From positions 36,201-100,200 of the forward strand of contig JAWXCN010000035.1 in NCBI GenBank assembly GCA_034408725.1: a stretch of DNA of 64,000 nucleotides. Reading direction: 5' to 3'. The translations under genes were made by a program, and so were the position numbers. The stretch's first letter is position 1. Each line of letters begins with the position of its first letter. Below, one piece after another: positions 19,610 to 29,344 of the stretch. The notes beneath the pieces were generated by a model, which did not search any database, was not told the origin of the DNA, and saw only the letters and a list, made by a program, of their open reading frames with translations. The DNA comes from Candidatus Hydrogenedentota bacterium. GTDB lineage: Bacteria; Hydrogenedentota; Hydrogenedentia; Hydrogenedentales; SLHB01.

Positions 19610-20536
19610 ATGCGCGTGTTTGAAGACAATAGTTTCAGCATCGGCAATACCCCCCTCATTCATCTGCAAAAACTTGGCAAAGGACTCGGCGCAAAAGTTT
19701 TGGGCAAAATTGAAGGGCGCAACCCTGCCTATTCGGTCAAGTGCCGCATCGGCGCGGCGATGATTTGGGACGCGGAAAAGCGCGGAGTGCTGAAACCTGG
19801 CGGCACGATTGTGGAGCCGACATCGGGCAACACGGGGATTGCGTTGGCGTTCGTCGCGGCCGCGCGCGGATACAAACTTATCCTTGCCATGCCGGAGACC
19901 ATGAGCCTGGAACGCAGGCAGATGTTAAAGGCATTCGGCGCGCAACTGGTGCTAACGCCCGGTGAAAAGGGAATGCCCGGCGCCATTGCGCAGGCAGAAC
20001 AGATTGTGGCCGAGAACCCCGGTTACTTCATCCCGCAGCAATTCAAGAATCCGGCCAATGTGGAAGTTCATTACAAGACGACTGGACCGGAAATCTGGAA
20101 TGATACCGATGGCGAAATCGACGTACTGGTTTCAGGCGTCGGCACGGGCGGCACGATTACCGGCGTGTCGAAATACATCAAACAGGACAAAGGCAAGAAG
20201 ATACTCAGCGTCGCAATCGAACCGACGAATTCGCCGGTGCTCTCCGGCGGAAAACCTGGGCCACACAAAATTCAGGGACTTGGCGCGGGCTTTAAACCGG
20301 ACATCCTGGACATGAGCCTTGTTGATCGGGTCGAGCTCGTCACCAACGAAGAATCGTTCGAGAACGCACGGCGGCTCACGCGAGAAGAAGGTATCATCAG
20401 CGGAATGAGCGGTGGCGCGGCGGTGAGCGTTGCCCTGCGCTTGGCCGCCGAACCCGATCTCGCCGGTAAAACCATCGTCGTTGTACTCCCGGATTCGGGC
20501 GAACGCTACCTCTCAACGCCGCTGTTCGACGCGTAA
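19610..20536 (+). CDS. cysK: Cysteine synthase A
   Basis: [15 protein letters not shown] (PLP Lys), [45 protein letters not shown]. Confidence 0.96.
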   Translation: MRVFEDNSFSIGNTPLIHLQKLGKGLGAKVLGKIEGRNPAYSVKCRIGAAMIWDAEKRGVLKPGGTIVEPTSGNTGIALAFVAAARGYKLILAMPETMSLERRQMLKAFGAQLVLTPGEKGMPGAIAQAEQIVAENPGYFIPQQFKNPANVEVHYKTTGPEIWNDTDGEIDVLVSGVGTGGTITGVSKYIKQDKGKKILSVAIEPTNSPVLSGGKPGPHKIQGLGAGFKPDILDMSLVDRVELVTNEESFENARRLTREEGIISGMSGGAAVSVALRLAAEPDLAGKTIVVVLPDSGERYLSTPLFDA

Positions 20537-20600
20537 CGCCGCCCGTGGAAGGGGAGCCGTGCTTCGCGTTCCCTCGTTGAATTCCGGGAACGAAGCATAG

Positions 20601-21917
<1,317 letters not shown>

Positions 21918-22063
21918 GTGCGCACAGGCCAATCTAAGTTATAATTCGGCAAGGATTGGAATGTCCCATGAGCGCATCGCGTACAACGCAACATTCGCAT
22001 CGGAACGCCCGCAATAGCCGCCGATACCCGCTCGCTTGGACCAGGAAAGAATTGAAACGGTAA

Positions 22064-23881
22064 ATGGCGCAAGAAGACTCAGTAGGGCTCGTCGAAGTTA
22101 AGCAGTTCACTTTTGCGGAACCGCCCAACCAACTCGAACTTGAGGGCGGCCGCAAGCTGGGTCCCATTACACTCGCATACGAAACCTACGGCACGCTGAA
22201 CGCCGACCATTCCAACGCTGTCCTGGTTGTGCACGCGTTGTCGGGCGATGCCCACGCCGCCGGCCTGCACGCCGAGGGCGATGCAAAACCGGGCTGGTGG
22301 GACAACATGATCGGCCCCGGAAAAGGGTTCGACACGACGAAGTACTTCGTCATCTCTTCCAATGTGCTTGGCGGTTGTCAGGGATCGACAGGGCCATCGT
22401 CCTTCAACCCGGCCAGCGGCAAACCGTATGGCATTGATTTTCCCGTGATCACCATTGGCGACATGGTGCGCGCGCAAAAATTTCTCATTGAGCATCTCGG
22501 CATCGAGAAACTGCTCTGTGTCGCCGGCGGCTCGATGGGCGGAATGCAAACGCTCGAATGGATGACGCGCTTTCCCGAAATGGTTGAGTCGTCCATCGTC
22601 ATCGCCACGACACCAGTATTGAACGCGATGGGGATCGCCTTTGATTCCGTGGGCCGTCACGCGATCCAGGCCGATCCCGCGTTTTGCGGCGGGAAATACT
22701 ATGAAGCCGGCCAACAGCCGGACGAAGGCCTCGCGATTGCGCGCATGCTCGCGCACATCACGTATCTGTCCGATCAGTCGATGGGCAAAAAGTTCGGGCG
22801 CGCGCTCCGGTTCACCAGCGAATACCGGTACGATTTCAACAGCGAGTTTTCCGTCGAGACGTATCTCGACTATCAGGGCGAACAATTCGTCAACCGGTTC
22901 GATGCGAACAGCTATCTTTACATCACGAAAGCGATCAACTATTTCGATCTCGGCGCGAAATACGGTTCACTCGATAACGCGATGGCGCGCGTCAAAGGCA
23001 AGACGATGGTCCTGTCGTATTCCTCTGATTGGCTGTACCCGCCGTATCAGTCGCAACAGGTCGTTGATGCGCTGACGCGCCAGCGCAAGGACGTGACTTA
23101 CTGCAATATCCAGTCGGACTACGGCCACGACGCCTTTCTGCTCGAAGTGGATGTAATGAAGAAGCTGATTAGCGGCTTCCTCGAATACGTCGCGCACCCG
23201 GCGAAGAAAGGCGCGCGCCGCCAGCCCTTCGCCGATAGCGAAGCGGACCTCGGCCCGCCGAAAACGGCGTCGGCGAGCATTTACGAAGGCCACCGCGTGG
23301 ACTATGAAATGATCGTCAACCTCGTCGAAGAAGGCAGTCGCGTGCTCGATATCGGCTGCGGCGACGGCGAACTCCTGGATCAGCTCATCCATTACAAAGG
23401 CGTCGATGACACCGGCATCGAACTGTCGCAGGGCAACATCGTGAGCTGCGTGCGGCGCGGTATTTCCGTCATCCAGCAGGACATCGACAAAGGCCTCACC
23501 ACGTTGCCGGATCAAAGTTTCGATTTCGTGATCCTCAGCATGACGTTGCAGGTGATCAAAAAACCGGATTACGTCTTGCAGGAAATGCTCCGGGTGGGGA
23601 AGAAATGCATCGTCAGCTTTCCAAACTTCGGCTTCTGGAAAGTCCGCGCGAAATCGCTGCTCCTCGGCCGCGCGCCCGTCACGCGAAACCTTCCCTACGC
23701 CTGGTGGCTCAGCCCGAATCGCCACGTCCTCTCAATCAAAGACTTCCGCGAATACTGCCGCGAACGCAATTTCCGCATCGAACGCGAATTCCCCCTCAAC
23801 CGCCGCGGCCTCGTTTGGTCCGCGCACATCTGGCCGAACATGCTCGCGGATGAAGCGGTGTTTGTGATTACCAATCGATGA
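22064..23881 (+). CDS. metX: Homoserine O-acetyltransferase fused to MetW-like SAM-dependent methyltransferase domain
   Basis: HALSGDAH, GWWDNMIGPG, GGSMGGMQ, RFDANSY, GHDAFLLE; then VLDIGCGDG...FDFVILS.TLQ...IVSFPNFGFW (MetW). Confidence 0.92.
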   Translation: MAQEDSVGLVEVKQFTFAEPPNQLELEGGRKLGPITLAYETYGTLNADHSNAVLVVHALSGDAHAAGLHAEGDAKPGWWDNMIGPGKGFDTTKYFVISSNVLGGCQGSTGPSSFNPASGKPYGIDFPVITIGDMVRAQKFLIEHLGIEKLLCVAGGSMGGMQTLEWMTRFPEMVESSIVIATTPVLNAMGIAFDSVGRHAIQADPAFCGGKYYEAGQQPDEGLAIARMLAHITYLSDQSMGKKFGRALRFTSEYRYDFNSEFSVETYLDYQGEQFVNRFDANSYLYITKAINYFDLGAKYGSLDNAMARVKGKTMVLSYSSDWLYPPYQSQQVVDALTRQRKDVTYCNIQSDYGHDAFLLEVDVMKKLISGFLEYVAHPAKKGARRQPFADSEADLGPPKTASASIYEGHRVDYEMIVNLVEEGSRVLDIGCGDGELLDQLIHYKGVDDTGIELSQGNIVSCVRRGISVIQQDIDKGLTTLPDQSFDFVILSMTLQVIKKPDYVLQEMLRVGKKCIVSFPNFGFWKVRAKSLLLGRAPVTRNLPYAWWLSPNRHVLSIKDFREYCRERNFRIEREFPLNRRGLVWSAHIWPNMLADEAVFVITNR

Positions 23882-23907
23882 TGTAGCGCTGAATTCCGAT
23901 TCGGCGC
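23882..23907. repeat. Partial palindromic REP-like repeat (inverted copy of 28959..28988)
   Basis: TGTAGCGCTGAATTCCGATTCGGCGC matches the reverse complement of the 28959 copy with one mismatch. Confidence 0.75.
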
Positions 23908-23918
23908 ATGTCGCTCAG

Positions 23919-24653
23919 TCAGACTCCGAATTGCAGTGACGCCGAAACGAAGGGTTGCGCTACGCATTGCCGTTGTTTCACACAGACACAGACATACCTA
24001 TGTTGCGGCCCAGTTTTCGGTACAGCGCGAGCGCGGGTGCAGAATTCTGAAATGCAAAAGAGGGATGAGCATACAACCGCAATCGGTATCGCGAAATTTC
24101 GGAATTCAGGGACAAACCACGCGGCAAGTATTACTCCCAGGAACGTATAAACGGGAACCGTGATTGCCCGGACCAACACGACTGTGCGCGGCGAAAGAAC
24201 TCCAAAGAGCGTGGGCCAGAATACCGTGTTTCCGAGGAATAACAACATCGCGAGCCAATAAAACGGGTGCGAACATACGTCGAACAGGGAATCAATTTTT
24301 GAGAAGTCGCTGTATTGACTGAAATTGATTACCACGATATATGCCAACAAAATCAGCCATGAAAATGCGATGAGCCGTTGCCGCCATGTCCGATGCTTCT
24401 TGATATTTTTCAAATCTCGATCTTCCCAGATGGTAAGATATTTAGCACGAAATTCTTTATTAGCGATCTCCGCGTCGCCCAAGGTCGCAACCGCGATTGA
24501 CGATGCCTGGTCGATATCCTGCACCGTTTGAAGCGCTGACTCGAGTGCGGAGTGATAGTGCTCTTCAACTTCTTCGCGGATGCGCGCCTTGGCATTGTCG
24601 CACAGACCCGCCGTGGCGATATCAAACCATTTACTAAAATAAGTACAACTCAT
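23919..24653 (-). CDS. HAAS/permease-prefix-domain membrane protein, paralog 7
   Basis: WFDIATAGLCDNAKARIREEVEEHY...LGDAEIAN; about 4 TM helices; C-terminal tail may be read-through into the repeat. Confidence 0.75.
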   Translation of the reverse strand: MSCTYFSKWFDIATAGLCDNAKARIREEVEEHYHSALESALQTVQDIDQASSIAVATLGDAEIANKEFRAKYLTIWEDRDLKNIKKHRTWRQRLIAFSWLILLAYIVVINFSQYSDFSKIDSLFDVCSHPFYWLAMLLFLGNTVFWPTLFGVLSPRTVVLVRAITVPVYTFLGVILAAWFVPEFRNFAIPIAVVCSSLFCISEFCTRARAVPKTGPQHRYVCVCVKQRQCVAQPFVSASLQFGV

Positions 24654-25306
24654 GTGCCCGCACCACCGTCGGCATTTTCTATCTTGGCTAGCAGCCGCTT
24701 AGCCTCGAAAGCGAAAGCCGTAAACCGCACGAATGTACACGCCGAAAGCATCAGCATTAGTGCGCGAATCGCAATTGTCTCAAAGTCAACGAAAAGCGCC
24801 CACAATAAAAATATCACCCCAATCGCAAGCAGAAACGCGGCTTGGCTCCACAGTAGCAATGAAAGCTGTTTAGAAAATGTGTAGCGCAGAATTGCAAATC
24901 CAGCCAGGTCGCTTACCACGAGGTTCAAGGAGATCTGGACGGCCAACATCTCGCCGGGTTCGAACATAAGGTTGAACGAAACAAACACAAGGGCAAAGCT
25001 GGTCAACGAAATCCATAATGTAATCAGTGTATACGGCTTTCGAAATTCGTTTAAGCGCTGTTCATCGTGTCGCGTGAGGTAGACGCGTCGATATCTTGCT
25101 CTTGCCTTCTTCGGCGAGCCGAGTTCTTTTAGTGCCTGGGCCAAAGCAGAGTCGGTTGAACACCCGTTCGCGACCAGCGCGTTTATCTGTTCCGATACGT
25201 GCGCACTAATTTCCATGCGGACGCGCGCTTTCTCCGAATCGCATAGACCGTGGGTGGCGGTTTGAATCCAATCGGACAGTACGGCGGAATTGGGTTCGGT
25301 GTTCAT
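24650..25306 (-). CDS. HAAS/permease-prefix-domain membrane protein, paralog 6
   Basis: WIQTATHGLCDSEKARVRMEISAHV...LGSPKKARARYRRVYLT; about 4 TM. Confidence 0.78.
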   Translation of the reverse strand: MNTEPNSAVLSDWIQTATHGLCDSEKARVRMEISAHVSEQINALVANGCSTDSALAQALKELGSPKKARARYRRVYLTRHDEQRLNEFRKPYTLITLWISLTSFALVFVSFNLMFEPGEMLAVQISLNLVVSDLAGFAILRYTFSKQLSLLLWSQAAFLLAIGVIFLLWALFVDFETIAIRALMLMLSACTFVRFTAFAFEAKRLLAKIENADGGAGT

Positions 25307-25938
25307 GACGTCGCAACTCGTCCATGATTGTTAATCTTTCGCAGCCAACGATGTAAGTATACACCGCATACTGGCACAAGCGCGAGACACCCGAAAGATA
25401 AATAGCCAAACGCATTATTCAGCAAAAAATCTTGAAATATTACTGACAAGCCTATCAGACTCGTTCCTAAAACATAAGAAATAACTTGCAACCGGGGCCG
25501 ATTCTTGCCTAGCCCCCATGGAACTACGGCGACGACAAGAATGAAAAGGGACGCGGTTAAAATGCTCGCCAACGCAAATAATGGTTGGGTGCGAAGCATT
25601 TCAATATTAACTGCAATTTGGAATAACCACAACGTTGCTAGGACTGCTCTGGTCGAGAAGGAAGGGACTGCCAGATAGCCGGATTCAAGCATATACGATT
25701 CGCGCATCGTCAGATACAACTTTCGGTATTTACGATTCGCCTTGCGGGCATCACCCAGACTCGATATTGCGACTTGTATAGCTATGCCCTCTTTCGTGCC
25801 GCGCGCTATAGATGCGTTGAAACTGTCGACAACATGGGCCTCGACCTCTTGGGTTATGCGCTCAATCGCGGCAGCGCAGAGGTCGTCAGTGGAGATTCTC
25901 AACCACTCGCGGGCAGCTAATTTTGGGTCAATGTTCAT
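25303..25938 (-). CDS. HAAS/permease-prefix-domain membrane protein, paralog 5
   Basis: RBS AGGAG, start MNIDPK; WLRISTDDLCAAAIERITQEVEAHV...LGDARKANRKYRKLYLT; about 4 TM. Confidence 0.78.
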   Translation of the reverse strand: MNIDPKLAAREWLRISTDDLCAAAIERITQEVEAHVVDSFNASIARGTKEGIAIQVAISSLGDARKANRKYRKLYLTMRESYMLESGYLAVPSFSTRAVLATLWLFQIAVNIEMLRTQPLFALASILTASLFILVVAVVPWGLGKNRPRLQVISYVLGTSLIGLSVIFQDFLLNNAFGYLSFGCLALVPVCGVYLHRWLRKINNHGRVATS

Positions 25939-25949
25939 TACGCTCGCTC

Positions 25950-26639
25950 CTAGTCTGCGCTCTTGAGTCTTCGCAATTTTGCGTCCAACCGGAAAAACGG
26001 GATGTTTGCAATGGCCGCCAACACAGCCGTGCCGGTGGTCCACGCAATCCCAGCCGACCCTCCAATAGTATCGGTATGGACCATCAATGCGCTTAGGCAC
26101 AACTGATGAATTGTTAAACCAGCGAAAAATGCGCAGCTAAAGCCCAACGCTCCAAATCGGCGCGCTCCAAAAGCGGCCACGAGATGCGTAGCTGCGAGCG
26201 CGAGAACAGCAGCTGCCAGCAAGAGAGATTCACTGAGATGTGCCTCTAGGAATACTTTGTAATTTGGCTCAGAACCTGTCGGAATATCGATCAGTCCGAA
26301 GGGAATCAAAAAGACAATGGGCAGAATCAAAAAGCTCATGAGCGCCCGAGTCATCCCCTTGAACGGGTTTTTCATCCATCGAAGAAATGCCTCTTCGCGC
26401 AATGTCAGGCACTGTTTTGAGAATGCCTTCGGGCTTCCCAATGCCTGTAATGCTGCACGATGCGCGGCACTCGCAGATAGACCCTGTTCGACAGACGATG
26501 TCATACAGGCTTCGTAATGATTCCGTATTTCATAAGTGATACGGTCGCGTGTTAGTTGCGAACACCGGCACAATGCTTCCGATAGCCAGAATTCCAGCTC
26601 ATCTCTGTGCAGCCATTCAATTATGGCGTTTGTATTCAT
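25950..26639 (-). CDS. HAAS/permease-prefix-domain membrane protein, paralog 4
   Basis: HRDELEFWLSEALCRCS...EIRNHY...LGSPKAFSKQCLT; about 4 TM. Confidence 0.78.
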   Translation of the reverse strand: MNTNAIIEWLHRDELEFWLSEALCRCSQLTRDRITYEIRNHYEACMTSSVEQGLSASAAHRAALQALGSPKAFSKQCLTLREEAFLRWMKNPFKGMTRALMSFLILPIVFLIPFGLIDIPTGSEPNYKVFLEAHLSESLLLAAAVLALAATHLVAAFGARRFGALGFSCAFFAGLTIHQLCLSALMVHTDTIGGSAGIAWTTGTAVLAAIANIPFFRLDAKLRRLKSAD

Positions 26640-27271
26640 TTCGCCGTCTCACGCCAGAGCTTTTTCGCCAATGGCAAATGTATAACGGCCAAAAATCCAA
26701 AGAAAATCGGCGACAGCAAACTTATACGATCTTGATCGATTATTGCTCTAAAGAAGTAGCCAACAGCAAATATTATCCAAAAAGCAATGAGTGCGGAAAT
26801 TCGCAGTTTGTCCCCAATTTGCCGTGGCTTTCTATTGGCAAATTGCACGAAAGCTACCCAGCAAATGGAGAAAAACAACATCACCAATACCTGGCCAATC
26901 TGAACCCAACCAACCTCGCCATAAAACGCGAAAAGTAGCGCCACTCCGCACGGAATAAACAGGATAAGAATCCACTTCAGAGCTTTCGTCTGAAACCGAA
27001 CCGAGTCGAGCAACAACTGCTCGCTCCAAGTAAGATTTGTTTTTGTGTATCGCGCGCGGGCCGCTTCAGGACTGCCCAGACTATCCAGCACTTTGTGGAA
27101 TGCCGCAAACTCGTGCATTCCCTGTTCGCGAAAGCTTTCACATGCTGAGTCCACGTGTTGCGTGATCTCCGCGCGAATGCGGGCGCTTGCCTCCGAACAC
27201 AAATCGCGTGTGGCGGATTTCAACCACAACTCCAGTGTTTTCTGTTCAGGTTGCGTTTCTCGTTCATTCAT
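26636..27271 (-). CDS. HAAS/permease-prefix-domain membrane protein, paralog 3
   Basis: WLKSATRDLCSEASARIRAEITQHV...LGSPEAARARY; about 4 TM. Confidence 0.78.
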   Translation of the reverse strand: MNERETQPEQKTLELWLKSATRDLCSEASARIRAEITQHVDSACESFREQGMHEFAAFHKVLDSLGSPEAARARYTKTNLTWSEQLLLDSVRFQTKALKWILILFIPCGVALLFAFYGEVGWVQIGQVLVMLFFSICWVAFVQFANRKPRQIGDKLRISALIAFWIIFAVGYFFRAIIDQDRISLLSPIFFGFLAVIHLPLAKKLWRETAK

Positions 27272-27953
27272 TCGTCTTGTCCCGCGTCCCAATCCGACGC
27301 AGCTTTAGATGAAGCAAGATAAAAGGTGTATTGCCGGCAACCGAAAAAGCGGCCTGGCCCAAAACTAGAGCCGCTCCAGTTAAAGGTTCAATCAAGCCAA
27401 GTCGTACCACCATAATGCTTAAGCACAATTGAAACAGCGAACCTCCCAGGACAGAAGCAATGCATACGCCCGCACCGCCAAATCGTTTCGCGGAGAGAGG
27501 AAGGGCGATAAAAATGATTCCAAGCAAGAACATCGCTCCGGAAAGCCAGAATAATTCAATAAGGATTGGGCGGCCTGCTTGCACGCCTAGTGTATAAGCG
27601 AGCCAAGCGATGTAAGCAGCGCAGGCTACGGCGAGAAAGGCTATGGCGCCATGGACAAATCCGCGCCAGCCGGCGAGTGGATTAGCCATCCATGCAAGAC
27701 GCGCTTCCTGCCTGTGGGTGAGGCAATGTCTGGAGTATGCTTTCGCGCTTCCAAGCGAATTCATCGTAGCACGATGCGCGGCTCGATCTGATATGCCTTC
27801 GTCCAAAAAACGTGCAACGGCCGACTCGTAATGTCCGCGCACCTCGCGCGACACACGTTCACGCGTTGACGGGGAACACGACCAAAGTGCTTTCCACAGC
27901 CAGAGGTCAAGCTCATCTCGGTGAACCGATTCGATTGTGCAATTCGAATTCAC
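27264..27953 (-). CDS. HAAS/permease-prefix-domain membrane protein, paralog 2
   Basis: GTGA overlap start; HRDELDLWLWKALWSCS...EVRGHY...LGSAKAYSRHCLT; about 4 TM. Confidence 0.78.
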   Translation of the reverse strand: MNSNCTIESVHRDELDLWLWKALWSCSPSTRERVSREVRGHYESAVARFLDEGISDRAAHRATMNSLGSAKAYSRHCLTHRQEARLAWMANPLAGWRGFVHGAIAFLAVACAAYIAWLAYTLGVQAGRPILIELFWLSGAMFLLGIIFIALPLSAKRFGGAGVCIASVLGGSLFQLCLSIMVVRLGLIEPLTGAALVLGQAAFSVAGNTPFILLHLKLRRIGTRDKTNE

Positions 27954-28591
27954 CGCGCCCCCACACGCCAAAGTTTTCGCGCCAATCGCAGGTACGAAAT
28001 CGCCGAAATGGCCAAAACAATAGCCACAATGTCAATTCCATCCAACCCCATTATGAATGACATTGTGATTAGGTTCGACGCAATAAGCGCGGAGATCTGC
28101 ATCTTGTGGCCCGTCAGTCCCGACTGTTTTTTCACGAAGCCGAATATTGGAACGAATGCCGCCATCGATGTTACGTAGACGATGATGATAAATATATTGA
28201 TCGGACTCGACTCAATACAGGCTAGTACAACACCCAGACCAAACATTATAAAGGCTCCCCACTGGCCAAATGCGGCATGACGGGGAAGCTTTCCAATCTT
28301 TTTATTTTCCAACTCGTTGAAATTCTGCCGAACGTACCGCGCGCGGGCTGCTTCCGAACCGCCGAGCGTGTCGAATGCTTTATAAAACGCATCCGTTTCG
28401 CTGAGACCTTGTGCTTGCCAATCCGCGCAGGCCGCGTTCACGTGGTCTTCAACTTCCGCCCGGATTCGGGCCGTTGCATCTGTACAAAGATCGCGCGTAG
28501 CCGAATTCAGCCAATTTTGTACCAGCACGCACGAGGCATCCTTGGGATCCTGCCATGAACTAGCCCCGGTTTTTGAATCCGGTGTGGTCAT
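27950..28591 (-). CDS. HAAS/permease-prefix-domain membrane protein, paralog 1
   Basis: WLNSATRDLCTDATARIRAEVEDHV...LGGSEAARARY; about 4 TM. Confidence 0.78.
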   Translation of the reverse strand: MTTPDSKTGASSWQDPKDASCVLVQNWLNSATRDLCTDATARIRAEVEDHVNAACADWQAQGLSETDAFYKAFDTLGGSEAARARYVRQNFNELENKKIGKLPRHAAFGQWGAFIMFGLGVVLACIESSPINIFIIIVYVTSMAAFVPIFGFVKKQSGLTGHKMQISALIASNLITMSFIMGLDGIDIVAIVLAISAISYLRLARKLWRVGAR

Positions 28592-28908
28592 GAAATGTTC
28601 CCAATCAAGGGTCTTAGCTGCTGCGCTGCGCCGCGTTCGCTTTCGGTATCCATTTGTTTCATGGCGTGCTTCAAGCCGCGTTCGGTCAGTTTGTAATACC
28701 TGCGCGGACGCCCCTTCACAGTCTGTTCATACGAGATGAGCAGGCCGTCATTTTCGAGTTCGTGCAGCGCGGGGTAGATGAGGGCTTCCTGGTTGTCGAG
28801 GAGGCCGGGCGTGCGTTTCTTGATCGTCTGTGCGAGGGGATACCCGAACTCCGGGCCGGCAAGCAGGGCCTCAAGGATTTGAGTCTGCAGTTTGCGCGTG
28901 TGTGACAT
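28588..28908 (-). CDS. PadR family winged-helix transcriptional regulator (short subfamily-2 type)
   Basis: ILEALLAGPEFGYPL...LIYPALHELENDGLL...GRPRRYYKLTERG. Confidence 0.92.
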   Translation of the reverse strand: MSHTRKLQTQILEALLAGPEFGYPLAQTIKKRTPGLLDNQEALIYPALHELENDGLLISYEQTVKGRPRRYYKLTERGLKHAMKQMDTESERGAAQQLRPLIGNIS

Positions 28909-28958
28909 TCGTATTTAACCCAAAAGCAGCATACGGGAGCGCGGGTGGCGTTGCAATA

Positions 28959-28988
28959 TGTAGCGCTGAATCGGAATTCAGCGCTACA
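28959..28988. repeat. Perfect-stem palindrome (REP-like) directly upstream of PadR
   Basis: TGTAGCGCTGAAT-CGGA-ATTCAGCGCTACA, 13-bp stem. Confidence 0.85.
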
Positions 28989-29027
28989 CCCAATCCCTGC
29001 GTTCATGAGGTGAACAGAGACGGGTCC

Positions 29028-29076
29028 GGGGACAGCCACCGCTTCCGCTTTGGGGCGGAGCCGGTGGCAGTCCCCT
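29028..29076. repeat. Second palindromic REP-like element
   Basis: GGGGACAGCCACCGCTTCCGC...GCGGAGCCGGTGGCAGTCCCC imperfect inverted repeat. Confidence 0.6.
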
Positions 29077-29268
29077 GTCAATGAACGGCTTAGCCTAAAA
29101 TTCGTCAAGCGATTGCCCCTCGTCTCCCAATTTCGTTTCAACATCGGAAATTGAGCGCGTCCTCATCCCAACCCCGTGTTCCCCGTGTCCCCGTGGTGAA
29201 CTGAACTGTCCTGCCCATGCAACACCTTGGGTATAAGAGTAGGCGTGGTTGTCACTGCACACATCCGA

Positions 29269-29314
29269 AAAATAAAACGGCGGCAACGCTCTCATAATGC
29301 GCGCTGCCGCCGTC
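29269..29314 (-). terminator. Intrinsic terminator after the DUF4914 gene
   Basis: Minus strand ACGGCGGCAGCGC...GCGTTGCCGCCGT hairpin followed by TTTATTTTT. Confidence 0.7.
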
Positions 29315-29344
29315 GATAAGAATTTAAGCTGAGAGTTGTTCGCG

